Shown in pieces: positions 1-13,300 of a DNA stretch of 20,000 bases. Made by a program: the position numbers and the translations under genes. The notes beneath the pieces are model-generated. The model saw only the letters and a list, made by a program, of their open reading frames with translations. It did not search any database and had not been told where the DNA came from. Position 1 is the first letter of the stretch. Each line of letters starts with the position of its first letter. The DNA lies in the NCBI GenBank assembly GCA_000442015.1, contig KE561130.1, forward strand, positions 48,742-68,741, in the 5' to 3' direction. The DNA is from Rozella allomycis CSF55 (lineage: Eukaryota).

Positions 1-708
1 AGATAGGACCAAGAGCAGGATTGATATTCTTTAGAAAAGTAAGTGACCTTGAGTCGAGAATCAATTCTGCGGTGTTTCCTTCTTGCCAAGGTGGTCCTCA
101 TAATAACACTATTGCAGCGATTGCTGTCGCTCTAAAGCAAGTGTCTGACCCATGTTTCAAATTATATGCTAAGCAAGTTAAACTAAACGCAGTTGCTTTG
201 TCTTCAGCACTTCAATCCTTTGGCTACAAGATCGTCACAAGTGGGACAGNGCTACAAGATCGTCACAGGTGGGACAGATAACCACTTATTACTTTGGGAT
301 TTACGACCACTAAAGTTAACAGGTAGTAAAATGGAAAAAATATGTGATTATGTCAAGTAAATTAAGTATAATTCTATCTTAGCATCACCTTGAACAAAAA
401 CGCAATTCACGGGGATACCAGCGCGTTATCCCCCGGAGGAATACGACTTGGAACACCTTCTTTAACTTCAAGATCATTTAATGAAGATCATTTCCAAATA
501 GTTGCCGGGCTATTACATGAAACTGTCCAACTTGCATTAGATATCCAATCAAAGACTGGAACTAAATTGTTAAAAGACTTTGAACAGTCTCTAGTACTGG
601 ATGAAAGAGTCAATGTAATTATTTAGATGACTATTTATCTAGTCATTGAAACAAAAAGTCGTGGAATTCGCGAAAAAATTTCCCGCTCCGGGATTTTCTT
701 TTCAATAA
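1..708 (+). CDS. SHMT: Serine hydroxymethyltransferase, 3' part (5' end outside window)
   Basis: Spliced translation gives [11 protein letters not shown]...[23 protein letters not shown]...[14 protein letters not shown]...[29 protein letters not shown] introns 357-382 and 615-642, TAA 706-708. An N at 250 with a duplicated flank interrupts the frame. Confidence 0.96.
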
Positions 709-732
709 AATTCATATTTCAAAATTTTCTAA

Positions 733-1491
733 ATGTCTTGGAAGGCTCTAGATTTAAGTCACATCGACAAAACTAAAGTTTACGATCCAGACGGTAAAAT
801 AGTGCCTATCATTTTCAAGTGGTAGATGACTCATTTCTCATGGGCGATACTTTGATCAACGAATCAGGCTTTTTAAGAAATATTCTGAAACCTACAGTGT
901 GCGTTGAAATAGGCTGCGGATCTGGCGCCGTTATTACTATTTTGCATGAAATTATGAAGGGACTCGGTATTCACTTGAAGTGGCTAAAATAGCTGTTTGC
1001 ATAGGCACAGATATAAATTTAAATGCATTAAATTGCACCAAGAAAACTTCATCAGTACAAAATGAATTATTTTCAAAAACATTAGAATACGGTCGAGACA
1101 ATAAGAACTGATCTATTTTCTGGAATTCGGACAAAACCCGACGTTGTTGTTTTCAATCCTCCTTATGTAGTTACTGACAATGAAGAATTGAAATTAAAAG
1201 ATCCTCTCGTACAGGCATATGCTGGAGGGTACAAGGGAAGAGTGGTTATTGATCGATTTCTTAGTCAATTAGAAGTAAATTAACGATAAAAATGTTGATT
1301 AATAGAATATTTTGGGTCCGTGTTCAACATTATATTTACTTTTGATTCAACCTAACGATGTTGACGAAGTCCGATCCATTCTTAGAGAGAAAGGGATATA
1401 TTCTTCAATTATTGCAAAAAGAAGGTCTTTAATTGAGCAGATTTTCATTTTGAAGTGTTCTAGAAATATCCAATACGTTGAATGTTGTTAA
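733..1491 (+). CDS. MTQ2: HemK-family eRF1 glutamine methyltransferase (Mtq2/N6AMT1-like), missed by the ORF track
   Basis: Hand-spliced with introns 794-825, 967-992, 1055-1085, 1275-1305. Motifs VYDPDDDSFL, VEIGCGSG (SAM binding), GTDIN, VVFNPPY (catalytic), AYAGGYKGRVVIDRF. TAA 1489-1491. Confidence 0.92.
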
Positions 1492-1533
1492 GAAATTTCA
1501 CAAATAAAATTTTGACCCCGGTTAAAGCTAAAG

Positions 1534-1687
1534 GTAAAGCATTTGTAGCATTTAAAAACTTCTTTATGATGATGTTTCTAAACTTTCGTTCTACCGAATA
1601 ACATGTTATATATTTGTTATGCGGACAACCTTGCACTGATACTTTTTTTGATGTTTTTTTAAAAAAATGAGCGTATCTAATTTCTAG
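1534..1687 (+). other. Probable 154-nt 5'-UTR intron of RPL29 hosting the snoRNA
   Basis: AG|GTAAAG donor at 1534, CTAAT branch-like motif and CTAG acceptor at 1687, 3 nt before the ATG. The donor position is inferred. Confidence 0.65.
1566..1639 (+). ncRNA. snR54: Box C/D snoRNA, snR54/SNORD59-like (guide for the 18S rRNA site equivalent to yeast Am974)
   Basis: C box ATGATGA 1566-1572; guide AACTTTCGTTCT 1581-1592 complementary to conserved 18S AGAACGAAAGTT; D' CCGA 1594-1597; degenerate C' ATGCGGA 1619-1625; D box CTGA 1636-1639. The fifth base upstream of D' (T1589) pairs with an A. Confidence 0.85.
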
Positions 1688-1690
1688 GAA

Positions 1691-1933
1691 ATGGCAAAGT
1701 CAAAGAATCACACTAACCATAATCAAAGTAATAACATTTTATCATTATCATATAGACAGAAAAGCTCACCGCAATGGAATCAAAAAAGTGAAGACCCATC
1801 GTTACAAATCCCTAAAAGGAGTATGATTGGTTTATTTTAAATATTAAAGGTCGATCCAAAATTTGTTCGCAACCAAAAATTTGCTCGTCGTGGAACTATC
1901 AGGGCTTTGAGAGCTACAAAAATGCAAGAATAA
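1691..1933 (+). CDS. RPL29: 60S ribosomal protein L29 (eL29)
   Basis: [46 protein letters not shown] after removing introns 1728-1755 and 1821-1849. TAA 1931-1933. Confidence 0.97.
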
Positions 1934-1967
1934 ATGTTACATCAATATTTTATAAAATTTGTTTATT

Positions 1968-3042
1968 TCACTGAAAAGCCAATGACGCAATCATTGAAGC
2001 AGAACTTTGCATTATGTTGTTACCCATTGTCTCTTCAACATTTTGCAAAAGATGCCTTTTCGGATCACGTTTGCCAATATGGCGGGTCTTAAGTTGTTCT
2101 TCTGTCAAGGTATCCTCTTCCTGAACACTTTTGTTGTACGCTTCTGTAAGAGCGAGCATTTTCTAAATTTCTGGAAAGGATTTCTTACCTTGATTGTTTC
2201 CGCATTCTTCGTAGAATGAGCTTCATGGTCAGATAGTTTTAGGCCGCTACTCCAAGTCTTTTTGTGCAAATTAAGTAGCATTTTTTGTTCAAGCTCATTC
2301 TTTCTATAGTTCATCGCGATGGAATAGTAATGTCTATTCAAACCGTGTATGAGAGTCTTTGTCAATGGAATATTTATATAATACCTGGATAGATGGTTTT
2401 TGCAAATGACCAATATTAGAGGTTGTTTGTCTTGGCTCGCGATTGGTTAAAATGTACTGAGCATCAATTAACCTGAACGCATCTATCACAACCTTCCCTT
2501 TAACTGACTGAATCGGATCAATAACAACAGCAACAGCACGTTTATGAAGCGATTCAAAACTCTAGTTTTCATAAAAACACATTTTCACCTGCTGAGTATT
2601 GACATCGACTGCAGATAGCCAGCAGCCAAAACCTGGATGTGAGTGATACCAACCAACCACGATTTCAGGTCTTCCTGTTTGCTTCAACATATCTAACATG
2701 CTTGTTTGAAACGCAGGATCTACTGACTCAACTGAAACTGATGTTCCGGATTGAGGCATTGCAAACACATCAACAACCTGGACAGTGTAATCGTCAATAA
2801 ACTCCCCAAGCATTAGTCCCATGACTTCCATAGGCACACCAGCGCGTCCTGTGTTTAGATATGATTATCCTTACCATGTTTCAGCATCTATTAAGCGTGA
2901 CAAAAATATTTACCTTCAGTAAAGCCAAGGAGGATATATGAATAACCTCTGAAGTGTCCATAATTTGTACATCTTGCCCCTGCTGAGTCATCTGAGTCAT
3001 CCCTCCCGCAGAAGCTAGTAGTTGTTGCAATCGTCTTTCCAT
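1968..3042 (-). CDS. RPN11: 26S proteasome lid deubiquitinase Rpn11/PSMD14
   Basis: [31 protein letters not shown] motif [28 protein letters not shown]. Introns 2888-2913, 2849-2874, 2562-2588, 2357-2384, 2163-2188. Confidence 0.97.
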
Positions 3043-3170
3043 TAAAAATTGCCAGGGTTAAATACGTATGATTAAGTAAAATATCTGAAACATTCAGTGG
3101 ACTTATGTTTATTTAATGCTTTTTCTTATTCCAAATTGTAATAACATATCAGGAATACCATTTGAAGCCC

Positions 3171-4025
3171 ATGTGGCTCATCATCTTCATATCGATTTTC
3201 GTCGCCGTTACAGTTTCATGGATATTCCTTTTACTTCAAAATGGAAAAGAATTCAAGAGGTTAGATGAGAAAGTTGCTGTAATCGTTGCTCATCCTGACG
3301 ATGAATGCCTATTCTTTGCACCAACTATTGTTAAACTGATTTCAGCTGGAAAAGATGTACATATATTTTGTTTAAGCAACGGTATTATTTATATCTATTT
3401 GTTTTATCAAGGCAATTATGAAGGATTGGGAATGAGAAGGGAGCAGGAGTTTAAGAGAAGTTGTCAAGCATTAGGAATACAAGATGAGAATATTGTACTA
3501 AATATGGAAGAGTAAGTGTTATTTTATTTATGCATAAGTATATTCAAAGATAATCCATCATTAACTTGGAGTCCAACCCTTGTTGGGGAACATGTTAAGA
3601 ATTTAATCGAAATACGAAAAATTAAATCAGTAATCATAGCCGTATAAGTTAATTAGGTTATCAGTTTTGATGATTATGGCGTTTCAGGCCATTTGAATCA
3701 CATTTCAGTTTTTCATGGATTGAAGTAAGAAACCCGACTCGTCTTATCTAGCCAATTGAAGAGAAGTAACTGGGATTTAAAAATTTATAAGCTTCATAGT
3801 GTACCTCTCTGGAGAAAATATTTAGGTGTTTTTGATGTTCCATTGACATTTTATTCCCAAAAGTGGAAAACTGTCACGTTTACATTAAGCCCGTATGAAG
3901 TTTATAAGAAAGGATTTTATGCAATGAAAATGCATAGTAGTCAATTGGTTTGGTTTCGTTTCTTGTTTTTGATTTCAAGCCGATACATGATAACGAATAC
4001 TTTGACAGAAATTGAGTTAAGATAA
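3171..4025 (+). CDS. GPI12: GlcNAc-PI de-N-acetylase (PIG-L/Gpi12)
   Basis: N-terminal TM helix, AHPDDE motif, CLSNGN, SFDDYGVSGHLNH, HSSQLVWFR..SRYM. Introns 3382-3411, 3512-3538, 3630-3656, 3725-3751. Confidence 0.93.
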
Positions 4026-4128
4026 AACAAGATTTGTCATAATAAATGATTGAATTTTCTACTTATATTCTATTTTTGATGAAATTGTCGTTAGGAACCC
4101 TCGTCGTTACCGGGGGTTTATTTGCCGA

Positions 4129-5264
<1,136 letters not shown>

Positions 5265-5417
5265 ATATTAACTTTTGTTAATTATAAATGATTTTCATTT
5301 TCTTACTTTTATTCTTCTTTTTAAATTTTTGATATAATATGGTTGTTCAGAACCTTTAGTTACACATTGTCAAATTTCCTTACAGGGCAGACCCACCCAA
5401 AATCGATTAATTGAATT

Positions 5418-6986
5418 ATGCAAGGGAATGTATCATTGTCAAAGTGGCAAACTATTTTTTGTATTGCTAATTTGGCAATGTTGCTGCCTGGGGTATATTA
5501 CGCGTATGACATCCCAGCTAGTCTTTATGCAGTTCTACAAAATGAACTGGGCTCAAATGATGAAGAATATGAATATCAAATGCAGTTAATGTATGCACTT
5601 TATTCATTTCCAAACATAATTCTTCCAGTAGGTGTTGGGGCAGTAATGGATAGGCTTGGGACACCAAAGTCCATTACGGTTGTTTTCTTTTTCGTGATCC
5701 TTGGGCAAATATTGACGAGCTTGGGCGTTGCTAACAAATCTTTCTATATAATATTGACCGGGCGAACCATTTTCGGTATTGGTGGCGAGTCTGTGAACAT
5801 TGTCCAAGGGAATCTATCTTCATACTTTTTTAATGGATCGTTTTTATCATTTGTGTTGGCATTCAATACTAGTGTAGCCAGAGCCGGTTCTGTAGCTAAT
5901 GATCTGCTTACAAGACGGATACAGATGGCATACGGAAGCGCATTTGCCTTCTGGGTTGGAACATTGATTTGTGCTGTAGCAAGTATAAGTAAAGAAAAAA
6001 CCCCCTATAAATGCTAGGTGCGTTATGGTTAGCAAGATTTTATTCAAAAATGTCCAGAAATCAACTTTTGCAGATTCCCACTAATAGCCAAGCGCATGTA
6101 GAATATCAAAATGAGAGTCAAGTGAACTTGACTGAGCAAGTTGAAGCGCGTATGAAACATTCATCATCAAATTCTTCAACTGAAAACATAGATGAAAAAG
6201 GAATGCAGACTGTGATATTGCCAGTTTTTGATGACACTAGAATGGATATGTCTATCAGACAAAAAGCTTTTCAAAATATCAAATACGTTTATCAAAACTT
6301 TCCCCTTCCTTTCTGGCTTATTTGCGCCGATCTTTTGATATTCAATGGCATCATGATCCCCTTCAACTTAATACAATCTAGTTTCGTTGGTGATAAATTT
6401 TTTGGCGGAGATGATGTGACAGCAAAAGGTCTGATGAGTGTAACAACAAATAGATCAAATAATAAAGATTCCAAACACCGCTTGTGTATTCTTGGGACCT
6501 CTAATCGGAATTATTCAAGACAAGAAGGGAAACTTGCCATTTTATCTAATCGCTTGTGGCGGTTTGTATTTTATTTCTCACAGCTTACTTACTTTTAGCA
6601 ATATGCCACCAATTATCGCCATATCATTATTGTCATTTCCATATGTTTTCCAATTGACAGTGTGGCCATGCATCCCAAAGCTTTTACAAGAAAAAGACGT
6701 GTCGTTGGGATTTGGCATTGCTACTGCAATTATGAATCTAGGTCTTTTCCTAGTTCCTATTATTGTTGCGTGGGTTGGAACAAGCGCTTCCGACCTGAAG
6801 AACGGACAAATGAAAAGTTTTTACAATCAAGAATATCTATTTTTGAGCATGGCTTTTCTATCGATTATTATTTCCATAATTTTGTTTGATGTAGATAAAA
6901 GAAGATTTGCATCAATTTTATCAAATGTTAAAATTGAAGATAAAGATACCGTAGAGTTACATTCATCTATTAGCAAAGAATCCTGA
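5418..6986 (+). CDS. Major facilitator superfamily transporter, MFSD1-like
   Basis: YYAYDIPASL, LMYALYSFPNIILP, GAVMDRLG (MFS motif A), GRTIFGIGGES, multiple TM helices. Introns ~5989-6017 and 6440-6467 join the three ORFs. Confidence 0.85.
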
Positions 6987-7065
6987 ATTTACGTCCACAG
7001 GATTTTGTGAAGAGGCAATAAAATTTATTTACGTTCGTTCAAGAATATATTTTCATTTATTAACC

Positions 7066-7851
7066 TTATACATATTGTTGGAATTTTGATATCGACAGGT
7101 CTAATGTTATTTCATGCACATATTTACTAGCACTTGTCAACACCTTGCCCTCGGCATCTGTGCCTGACCATCCAACATAAATCTATGATATCAAATATCA
7201 ATATTATACTTTAATGTTACACGGATCTTTTTCAGTACACCTTTTAGCTGGAACACCATCAAGACAAGGTAATTTTTGGCTTAAAAATCGATCGCAAGTT
7301 GATTGATCCCAGAATACATCAACAATTATTCCTTACGTTCATTGTTAAATAGTTCTACCTTTGTTTAATCTGATTATCATTGTCCGTGATTTGGCACCGG
7401 CCTCGATTTGAGAATCATACCAAGGTCTTGGCGAAAGAGACACTAGAGAGTTATTGTATAAGACATCAACACCGATACTTGGCGCGTATGCAGTAACCAG
7501 ATCATTACCTTGAATAAAGCGATGATGCTTTTAGTTACTGTTGGGAATACTCAGTGCCGAGTATGTATCTACAGGTGCAAAAAATTGTGCTGTTTGATTG
7601 AATGTTGTTGAATAAGTTGAATTCACAGCAACAGATGCATAAAATCGCATATACATAGCCACGCATTCATCTTTTGAGTATAGAGTTTTTGATTTGAGTC
7701 TGTTGACCATCGCATTGCAAGCGCCTGCGACAGTAGAAACACCACAATTGCATGTCTTATCTGATCCAGAGGTTGGAACTGATGATACAGTTTGAGTTTG
7801 GCCATTTAAGAAGAGGCATTGTGACAAGAAAAGCAGGAAGAATAAAAACAT
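7066..7851 (-). CDS. Uncharacterised secreted Cys-rich protein (5 exons)
   Basis: Signal-peptide-like N-terminus. GT-AG introns 7509-7538, 7332-7358, 7183-7209, 7101-7127 keep the frame open to ...CNIKIYVGWSGTDAEGKVLTSANLSISKFQQYV*. AATAAA follows the stop. Confidence 0.8.
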
Positions 7852-8046
7852 AACGAGATTACGTAAACAAACAAACCTATTCTTTTGAATGAATAAAGGA
7901 CTCTATTTTAATTAATGTAAAAGTAAATTTCTTTCGCATTATTTTTTGACTGAATGTTTATTAACTAAATAATGTAAAATTTGAAGTGCTTTGAATAAGA
8001 TGATAGAATTTACATTTTCTCTTTTAAAATTGTATTGATAATTAAT

Positions 8047-8071
8047 AGAAATCTAAAGAAATTTACAGAAT
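8047..8071 (+). promoter_or_regulatory. Candidate step-type heat-shock element
   Basis: AGAAA-n5-AGAAA-n5-AGAAT (GAA at 8048, 8058, 8068), ~85 nt upstream of the Hsp70 ATG. The AT-rich context makes a chance match possible. Confidence 0.35.
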
Positions 8072-8154
8072 AAAGAATTTTTAATTTTTCCAAAATGGGA
8101 ATAGTATTTTTCCAGGTTGACATTGTTTAAGGAAATAGTGAACCCTTGTAAATA

Positions 8155-10248
8155 ATGATGCAACGATACCTACTTTCGCGAACAATTAATGCTTTTAGAC
8201 CATTTAGGTAATTGTGAAATGAAAGAAATAACAATAGCACTAAAGCCCAAGGAGCAGTTATTGGAGTTGACTTGGGTACAACATTTTCTTGTGTGGCAGC
8301 CATGGAAGGAAAGACACCAAGAATTATAGAGAACAGTGAGGGAGCGAGAACGACTCCATCAGTGGTGGCATTTACCAAGGAGGGGGAGTTGCTAGTGGGA
8401 CAGCCAGCTAGACGCCAAGTAAAAAGTGAGGTTGTATGAGATAGGCTGTTGTTAACCCTGAAAACACAGTGTATGCAGCGAAGAGATTGATAGGACGCAA
8501 GTTTGAAGATCCAGCAGTGCAGAGAGATTTGAAGACTGTTTCATATAAGATAGTGAGACATAATAATGGGGATGCATGGATAGAGGCTGGTGGCAAGAAG
8601 TATTCACCGAGTCAAATTGGAGGATTTGTGTTGGGAAAGATGAAGGAAACAGCCGAGGCGTATTTGGGAAAGAAGGTAGTGAATGCGGTAGTGACTGTGC
8701 CTGCGTATTTTAATGATGCGCAAAGACAAGCGACTAAAGATGCAGGAAAGATTGCAGGGTTGGATGTGTTGAGAGTTATTAACGAACCAACCGCTGCGGC
8801 GCTAGCGTATGGAATGGACAAGTCTGGAGATCGAGTAGTTGCTGTTTATGATTTGGGTAATTTGGTGATTGATTGTTGATGAAGGTGGAGGAACATTTGA
8901 TATAAGTATTTTGGATATCCAGAATGGAGTGTTTGAGGTTAGATCAACTAATGGAGATACGCATTTGGGAGGAGAAGATTTTGATCATCAATTGTTGGAA
9001 TATATTTGTTCAGAATTTAAGAAGAGTTCAGGGGTTGATATTTCAAAAGATAAAATGGCACTTCAAAGAGTTAGAGAAGCAGCTGAGAAGGCGAAGATTG
9101 AATTGTCGAGTTCTTTGCAAACAGAAATCAACTTGCCATACATTTCAGCCAATGCAAGTGGGCCAGTCCATTTGAATATTAACTTGACAAGATCTAAATT
9201 TGAATCCCTTGTCAATAATTTAATTGAAAGAACAAAAACACCATGTGAGAAAGCAATTAAAGATGCTGGATTGACTGTTGATAAGATTAGTGAAGTTATT
9301 CTAGTTGGAGGAATGACCAGGGTACCTAAAGTGCAAGAAACAGTTAAAAATTTATTTAAGAAAGATCCATCGAAAGGAGTTAATCCAGATGAGGCTGTGG
9401 CTACAGGAGCAGCGATCCAAGGTGGTGTTTTAGCTGGAGACGTTAAAGATGTGTTGTTGTTGGATGTGACGCCTCTTTCTCTTGGTAATTTGAATTGGAT
9501 TTATTAATGAAAGGAATTGAAACGTTGGGTGGAGTTTTCACGAGATTGATTACAAGAAACACGACGATTCCAACGAAAAAGTCTCAAGTGTTTTCAACAG
9601 CCGCCGATGGTCAAACGCAAGTAGAAATTAGAGTCTTTCAAGGAGAAAGAGAATTAGTCAAAGATAATAAACTTTTAGGTTCCTTCAATCTTGTTGGAAT
9701 ACCACCTGCTCCACGTGGGGTTCCTCAGATTGAAGTCACCTTTGACATTGACGCTGATGGAATTGTTAATGTCTCTGCTAAAGATAAAGCCACAAATAAA
9801 GATCAATCTATCACAATTGTGGCGTCTGGTGGCTTGTCTAAAGATGAAATTGAAAAAATGGTTCATGACTCTGAACAATACGCTGAAGCTGATAAAAAGA
9901 AAAAGGAAGCAATTGAATCCATCAACTCTGCCGAATCTTTCATTGCAGAAGTTGAAAAAAGTTTGAATGAATACAAGGATCAATTAGATCAAGAAAAGGC
10001 AAATCAATTGAAATCAAGCATTGAAGAATTAAGAGTCCTAATGAAAGAATCTGAAGACCCCGAAGCTATCAATTCCAAAGTTCACGAAGTCAAACAATCT
10101 TCTCTAGCTCTATTTGAATTGGTTTACAAGAATGTAAATTTATTTCTTCTTTTTAATTTAGCGTGCAAATGCAAACAACTCTTCTTCTTCCTCTGAATCT
10201 TCATCAAACCAAGATGCTGACTTTAAAGATGCAAACAATGCAAAATAA
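8155..10248 (+). CDS. SSC1: Mitochondrial Hsp70
   Basis: Arg-rich, acid-free presequence [27 protein letters not shown]; mitochondrial signatures GDAWI and YSPSQIG. Introns 8208-8237, 8419-8444, 8857-8884, 9485-9513, 10134-10161. TAA 10246-10248. Confidence 0.97.
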
Positions 10249-10392
10249 TCATTCACAAATAAATTAAACTTGTATCACTATTAAGAATTTACTTATATGC
10301 GATTTGATTGGATTATTGTTTTTTAGAATACAATGTTTTAAGGAATCTTTTTATTTTCTATTTCTTTTCTTACAATCTCCTTTGTGGCTTGG

Positions 10393-13300
10393 ATGTCATT
10401 TCTATTGTTCGCTACGCTTCTTTTTCAATTGTTTTTATTAATTTCAGCATATTCTGTCAATTCAAGATTAGAAGCTCATTGGCTAAACTCGTTAACATTG
10501 GAAGCATATCATTTCTTTTCCTTTGACCAAGAATCTTTCATATCTTTTCTTTCCACTGCACACAATCAAAAACAAGAATACGAAAATATTCTCACATTTA
10601 CAAGGAAAAAGTATCCATTGCTTGAGCCCTACTTGAATTTCACTCTCTCTTCCAGGCTCTTTGCCCCTCTAGTTTCAAGTACTCTGATTACATGCAATAA
10701 TAATTCATTAATTGCTGCTAAATGCCATGATGAATGGAATTGCTTTTCATCAATATCTGATATATCAAATTTGAAATGTACAGATATTGCTGGAAGATTC
10801 AACAATATTGAATTTGTAGACTTTATCAAACAAAATAGTCACTTGAAATTGCATTTATTAAATAATTTGAATTCCGAATTTAATGATGCTCTGAACCCTT
10901 CAAAATTTGCACTTTCTGGTTATGGGGTTGAATTAGTGGTAAAAAATTCAGAGTATCTTGTGTTGGATGATTTGAAATTTAAAGATTTTATAAAAGATAA
11001 AGAATTCAATAAACTTATTGAGAACAATGATGAGCAAATAGATGAGAAAGTTAGTGAATTGTTGAGTGACCCTAAAATTCATACATTGAATTCAACTGAA
11101 AATGAAATGGCAATCAATGGGATCTTTTCTATTTTAAAAGACTCTTATAACTTTTTAAATGATTTAACAACAATTTCCCATAATTATCCAATTGTCATTC
11201 CACATTTGCTCAAAAGTGCCAAAAGGAAAAAGATACGAAAATATGAAAGGGATGTTTTATTTTTGAATAATATTCCTCTTGATATGAATCAAATTAATTT
11301 ATTCCAGTAATAGTTTTGAATGAAATGAATAGTTTAATTAGTTACTTGAATTCCATAAAGATACTTGAAGTAGTTTGTAAAAAGGTTTGGAATAAAGATA
11401 TTGGAAGAATAATTAAAGAATTTAGGGGAATGAAATTGATATCTCCCAGATTTGATATTCCAGTTGAGAAATGCATAACGATATCGGATGTTGAAAGAGA
11501 TAAGAGATTTAAGCATTTTTCAAGGGATATAAGCAGAGTAAGTTTTTAATTTAAAATTTAAAGATATTTTATCCATTTAATGGACCGTTGATTCCCATTA
11601 GATTCAATATGGCAACTCTTGTGTATGTGTTTGATATTTCGGACAATGAACAGTATAAAGAGATTTTAGATTCTCTGGTGTTTCTTGTGCAAAATACAAT
11701 TCCCTTGAGAATATTAATTTTGCCGTTTGCGACGAATGATTTTGATTTAATAAATTTGGTTTCAATTTCTGAAATTTCGAGTCCAAAGAAGATTATTGAA
11801 ATTTTGAAAGATTTGAAATCAAATAAAGAAAAAGAAGAAATTAATGAAAACATTGAAAAGATTAAAATTTGGAATGAAATTGGAAGAAAATTTTCTGGAT
11901 TTAAAAAGAATTCATTTTTTCTTAATGGAAGAGAAATTTTGATTGAAACTTTTGAGGTAAAAATGTTTTTTTAATTAGAAAGCCAAATTCTATATATTCA
12001 TCTGTGGCTAATGCATTTGAAAAAGATCTTGAATTTTTTCAATCTAGATTTGAAAGTTTGGATTTAAAGACAAATTTTTATGAATTAATATTAAATTCAG
12101 ATAAAAGATTTAATTTTAATTATCCATTATTTTTCAAGTCTATTAATTATTTAGAATTTTCCAATTTAAAGCAAGTTTTGTGGATAAAGGAAAAGTCATT
12201 GCCAGGAAAGATTATGATTTTTGCGAATTCTAAAATTTCATTTAAATTTGAATTGAAAAAAGAATTTAATTTAATTTTAGATGAATTTTTAGATTATAAA
12301 TTGGCGATTAATTCATTTGCTATTAATGGAAGAATATTTGAGCTTGAAGATTCAGAATTGACGAGAGAAATATTTGATTTGGCTTTGGAGATTTATTTGT
12401 ACGAGACGAGAGAGAATAACTTTGGCGATGAAAAGTGGTGTACTAAAAGTGGTGAAAAGTGGTGTATTAAAAATGGTAAAAAGAGTGAGGAGTGTATTAA
12501 ATGCAATTGTATAGAATGTGTTGATTGTGGATGTGATTATCGCGATGAAGAAAGTGTTATTACTTCTACTATACCTGCTAATGATTCTACTATACCTGCT
12601 AATGATTCTACTTTGAATAATTGTAAGTCTAACTCATTGATAGCAGTCGCTTTGGGTACGCTGCAAAATCAATTTAAATTGCTTCCAACAAGAGATGAAA
12701 GAAACGAAGAAATAAAATTTGATCTTTTTGTAAACCAAAAATGTTTGTTTTGCTTTAAATGGATTTCAACGCCATTGTCCAAATCAACTCTTTCTCTTTC
12801 TAAAATATTTAAAGAATTAACCACTAGCAATGAAATTGGAGTCTCATTTGGATTTAATGCAAATAATATTCAGAAATTTGAATCTAATCGAATCTATAGA
12901 TTTGTTTTTTCATCCAAGCCACAATTTGATCTAGAAAAGTAAAAAAAATAATTTTAATTAAAAGTAAATTAATTCTAGATTACGCAAAGTTTGAAAATGT
13001 TCCAATGGAGACTCTGTTTACTTTGAATTATGATGTTATTCATGAGTGGATTGTAGTTCCAGAGAAGGGAGAAGATGACTTTGATAACATTAAACTATCC
13101 TTGCTAAGAAAGAATGTTTACAGCATTTACAAACTATCAAATATTTTAACACAAGGCCAAGCTATAGATGAAACCAACATGGATTATCCAAAGGGTCTGG
13201 AGATCCAAATGGGGATCAACAAGATTAAAAATATTCAAGCATCAAATGGTGAAAGTGTAAATACATCAAACATCGATACAATCGTCATGTACAATCTCGG

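Noticed and set aside
223-277. 27-nt tandem duplication and apparent frameshift in SHMT
   Set aside because: The two copies (one mismatch) directly flank an N at 250, typical of an unmerged contig overlap. Collapsing them restores [12 protein letters not shown].
2984-2999. Two TGAGTCA (Gcn4/AP-1-like) sites
   Set aside because: Explained by the coding repeat MTQMTQ in RPN11 exon 1.
4096-4118. GC-rich hairpin upstream of PP1
   Set aside because: Only 8 bp and more simply explained as opposed CCC/GGG promoter motifs. Bacterial-type terminators do not apply.
8127-9983. Antisense ORFs over Hsp70
   Set aside because: Open antisense frames are a well-known property of Hsp70 genes, and there is no independent support.
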